A program made the position numbers and the translations under genes. This document shows positions 22,093 to 24,000 of a stretch of DNA of 24,000 nt, piece by piece. The first letter of the stretch is position 1. Every line of letters starts with the position of its first letter. Source of the stretch: Mariprofundus sp. (GTDB lineage: Bacteria > Pseudomonadota > Zetaproteobacteria > Mariprofundales > Mariprofundaceae); contig JAUZQK010000064.1 of the NCBI GenBank assembly GCA_030951025.1, forward strand, positions 8 to 24,007. Reading direction: 5' to 3'. Below the pieces are notes generated by a model. The model had not been told where the DNA came from and did no database searches. It saw only the letters and a list, made by a program, of their open reading frames with translations.

Positions 22093-24000
22093 TTAACCGT
22101 TGAGAGATTCCTGTTTGCTTTCGATGGTTTCCCAACGCGCATAAGTGGTTTCTAGCTGCGTTTCTAATTCACTTAAACGTGACTGATCCCGTTTAAAAGC
22201 CTCCGCATTCAGGGTGAAATAATCAGGCTCACAAAAACGTGTTTCAATGGCTGCCTTTTCTGTTTCCATTGCTTCGATTTCGCCAGGCAGGTTTTCCAAT
22301 TCGCATTGCTCTTTGTAACTGAGCTTGATCTGTTTCCGGACTGGCTTTTCGGCAACAATAGACTTTGGAGCTTTGATGATCTGCTGCTCTAACGCAGCCG
22401 CTTCCAAACGCCGTGTTTTCCAAGCTAAATAATCAGAGTACCCGCCTTCGATGGGGATAATTTGACCACCGCCTTCAAAAGCCAGCACGCGGGAAGCCAC
22501 CCGATCCATAAAGGCGCGGTCATGCGATACAACAATCACCGTTCCATCATACTTGGCCAGCGCCTGTTCCAGCACAGTCAGCGTACCGATATCCAGATCA
22601 TTGGTCGGCTCATCGAGCACCAATAAGTTCGCAGGCTCCAATAGCAGCCTGGCCAACATCAAGCGACCACGTTCACCGCCGGAGAGCGCCTTCACCGGCG
22701 TATTCATGCGCTCTTTGTCAAACAGAAAGTCCTGCATATACGAAACAATGTGGCGCGGCTCATGACCGCCCAGATGCACATAGTTGCCGCCTTGCGGTAA
22801 CAGCACCTCTTTCAGCTTTAGTTTTTCATCAAGCTCCCGCATCTGGGTAAGAAAGGCCGGAGCCAGACGCACACCGTGGCGCACCCTGCCTGCATCCGCT
22901 TGCATCTCACCGAGCATCATCTTCAGCAGCGTCGTCTTACCGATTCCGTTAGCTCCAACAAAGCCGACACGATCACCGGACATGATTTTATGACTAAATG
23001 CCTTGCAGATCACCGTATCACCAAAGCTGTGTGTGAGCTCCACGGTTTCAATCAGCATCTTGCCGACCTTCACACCGGATGAAACGCGCAGCTCCACATC
23101 ATTGCTGCGCAGCCGCCTGGCAGCACGCTGTCTACGCAGTTCCTCTAAGCCGCGCACACGCCCTTCATTGCGAGTCCGACGAGCCGGTATACCCTGTCTG
23201 ATCCAGCGCTCTTCACCCGCCAGCATTTGATCAAACTTGCGATGCTGGCTCGCTTCCACCGCCAGCATCTCAGCCTTTTTCTCCAAGTACTCGGCATAGG
23301 AATACGGGAAATGGGTCAAATGCCCACGATCCAGTTCAATGATTTCTTCAGCCACGGCATCTAAAAAATAACGATCATGGGTAATAAATATGACCGAACC
23401 CCGAAATGCTGCAACAAAATCTTCCAGCCATTCAATCGATTCAATATCAAGATGATTGGTGGGCTCATCGAGCAACAACACATCCGGCTCGGACACCACC
23501 GCGCGCGCCACCGAAACCCTGCGCAACCAGCCACCGGATAATTCACCGACATCACGATCCGGATCCAGGTTCAACTTGGAAATAGCAGTTTCAATACGGT
23601 TATGAAACTGCCATGCGCCGCTACGTTCCAGCTCGGCCTGTAGCTCATCAATCTGTTTCAACACCCGCTCAGAGCAATCGGTCTCCAGAGACTGCAAGGC
23701 ATGGTGATAATCTTCCAGGGTTTGCGCCACGCTGCCCAAACCCTCTGCCACCACATGAAACACCGTTTGACCGGCATCAAAGTGCGGCGCTTGCGGCAGA
23801 TAGGCTACCCTGATTCCGCTGCGCAGCGTCACCTGACCGGCATCACATTCCAACTCACCCGACATGATTTTCAATAGCGTCGATTTACCCTCGCCATTGC
23901 GGCCAATCAACCCGATGCGCACCCCGCGCCCTACACTCAGGCAGACAGCATCGAGCAACACCTGTGGCCCATAGGATTTATCAATGTGGTTTAAGGTCAT
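22093..24000 (-). CDS. uup: ABC-F family ATPase Uup (two ABC ATPase domains, C-terminal coiled-coil DNA-binding tail)
   Basis: 635 aa, the same length as E. coli Uup, and collinear with my recollection of it. Two Walker A motifs (GRNGEGKST, GANGIGKTT). Two signature motifs (LSGGWLRR, LSGGERGR). Two Walker B motifs (LLLDEPTNHLD, LVLDEPTNDLD). Linker RRTRNEGRVR. The ATG occupies 23998-24000 at the window edge, so the start cannot be confirmed from upstream context. Confidence 0.93.
   Translation of the reverse strand: MTLNHIDKSYGPQVLLDAVCLSVGRGVRIGLIGRNGEGKSTLLKIMSGELECDAGQVTLRSGIRVAYLPQAPHFDAGQTVFHVVAEGLGSVAQTLEDYHHALQSLETDCSERVLKQIDELQAELERSGAWQFHNRIETAISKLNLDPDRDVGELSGGWLRRVSVARAVVSEPDVLLLDEPTNHLDIESIEWLEDFVAAFRGSVIFITHDRYFLDAVAEEIIELDRGHLTHFPYSYAEYLEKKAEMLAVEASQHRKFDQMLAGEERWIRQGIPARRTRNEGRVRGLEELRRQRAARRLRSNDVELRVSSGVKVGKMLIETVELTHSFGDTVICKAFSHKIMSGDRVGFVGANGIGKTTLLKMMLGEMQADAGRVRHGVRLAPAFLTQMRELDEKLKLKEVLLPQGGNYVHLGGHEPRHIVSYMQDFLFDKERMNTPVKALSGGERGRLMLARLLLEPANLLVLDEPTNDLDIGTLTVLEQALAKYDGTVIVVSHDRAFMDRVASRVLAFEGGGQIIPIEGGYSDYLAWKTRRLEAAALEQQIIKAPKSIVAEKPVRKQIKLSYKEQCELENLPGEIEAMETEKAAIETRFCEPDYFTLNAEAFKRDQSRLSELETQLETTYARWETIESKQESLNG

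Noticed and set aside
1-24000. Looked for CRISPR arrays, rRNA, IS elements or transposases, integrases, long direct or inverted repeats, and toxin-antitoxin pairs.
   Set aside because: None were recognisable by eye. The strict minus-strand orientation of every supported gene is notable, but it is consistent with co-orientation with replication and is not in itself unusual.

Overview
All supported genes in this window are on the minus strand. It divides into two housekeeping blocks and one accessory segment.

Housekeeping, 84-12,500: a translationally coupled alpha/beta-hydrolase and PAS-rich hybrid histidine kinase pair, a small membrane protein, thiI, tRNA-Asp(GTC), tRNA-Val(TAC), and the proteobacterial cluster hupB-lon-clpX-clpP-tig preceded by tRNA-Leu(TAG). 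Housekeeping, 22,093-24,000: the ABC-F ATPase gene uup.

Accessory segment, about 12.5-22.1 kb: I saw no integrase, transposase, CRISPR array or rRNA. It holds a CBS-pair protein, a 54-aa ORF, and a LexA-like wHTH/S24 repressor with a GTGTACG-TT-CGTACAC palindrome 12 nt upstream of its start codon.

The main finding is a tightly packed six-gene operon at 14,318-22,017:
- two small proteins of unknown function
- a 551-aa protein with peptidoglycan-binding (PGB)-like repeats and a hydrophobic C-terminus
- a PGB + Amidase_2 endolysin-like enzyme
- a 798-aa PGB + EVE-like + KAP-family P-loop NTPase with the hallmark transmembrane hairpin inserted in the NTPase domain
- a translationally coupled PhoD-like metallophosphatase

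None of the three PGB-bearing proteins shows a signal peptide. I do not recognise this gene combination as a named system. I propose it as a candidate novel envelope/peptidoglycan-sensing conflict (antiphage or abortive-lysis) system. All functional calls rest on motif recognition by eye and need HMM or structure searches to confirm.
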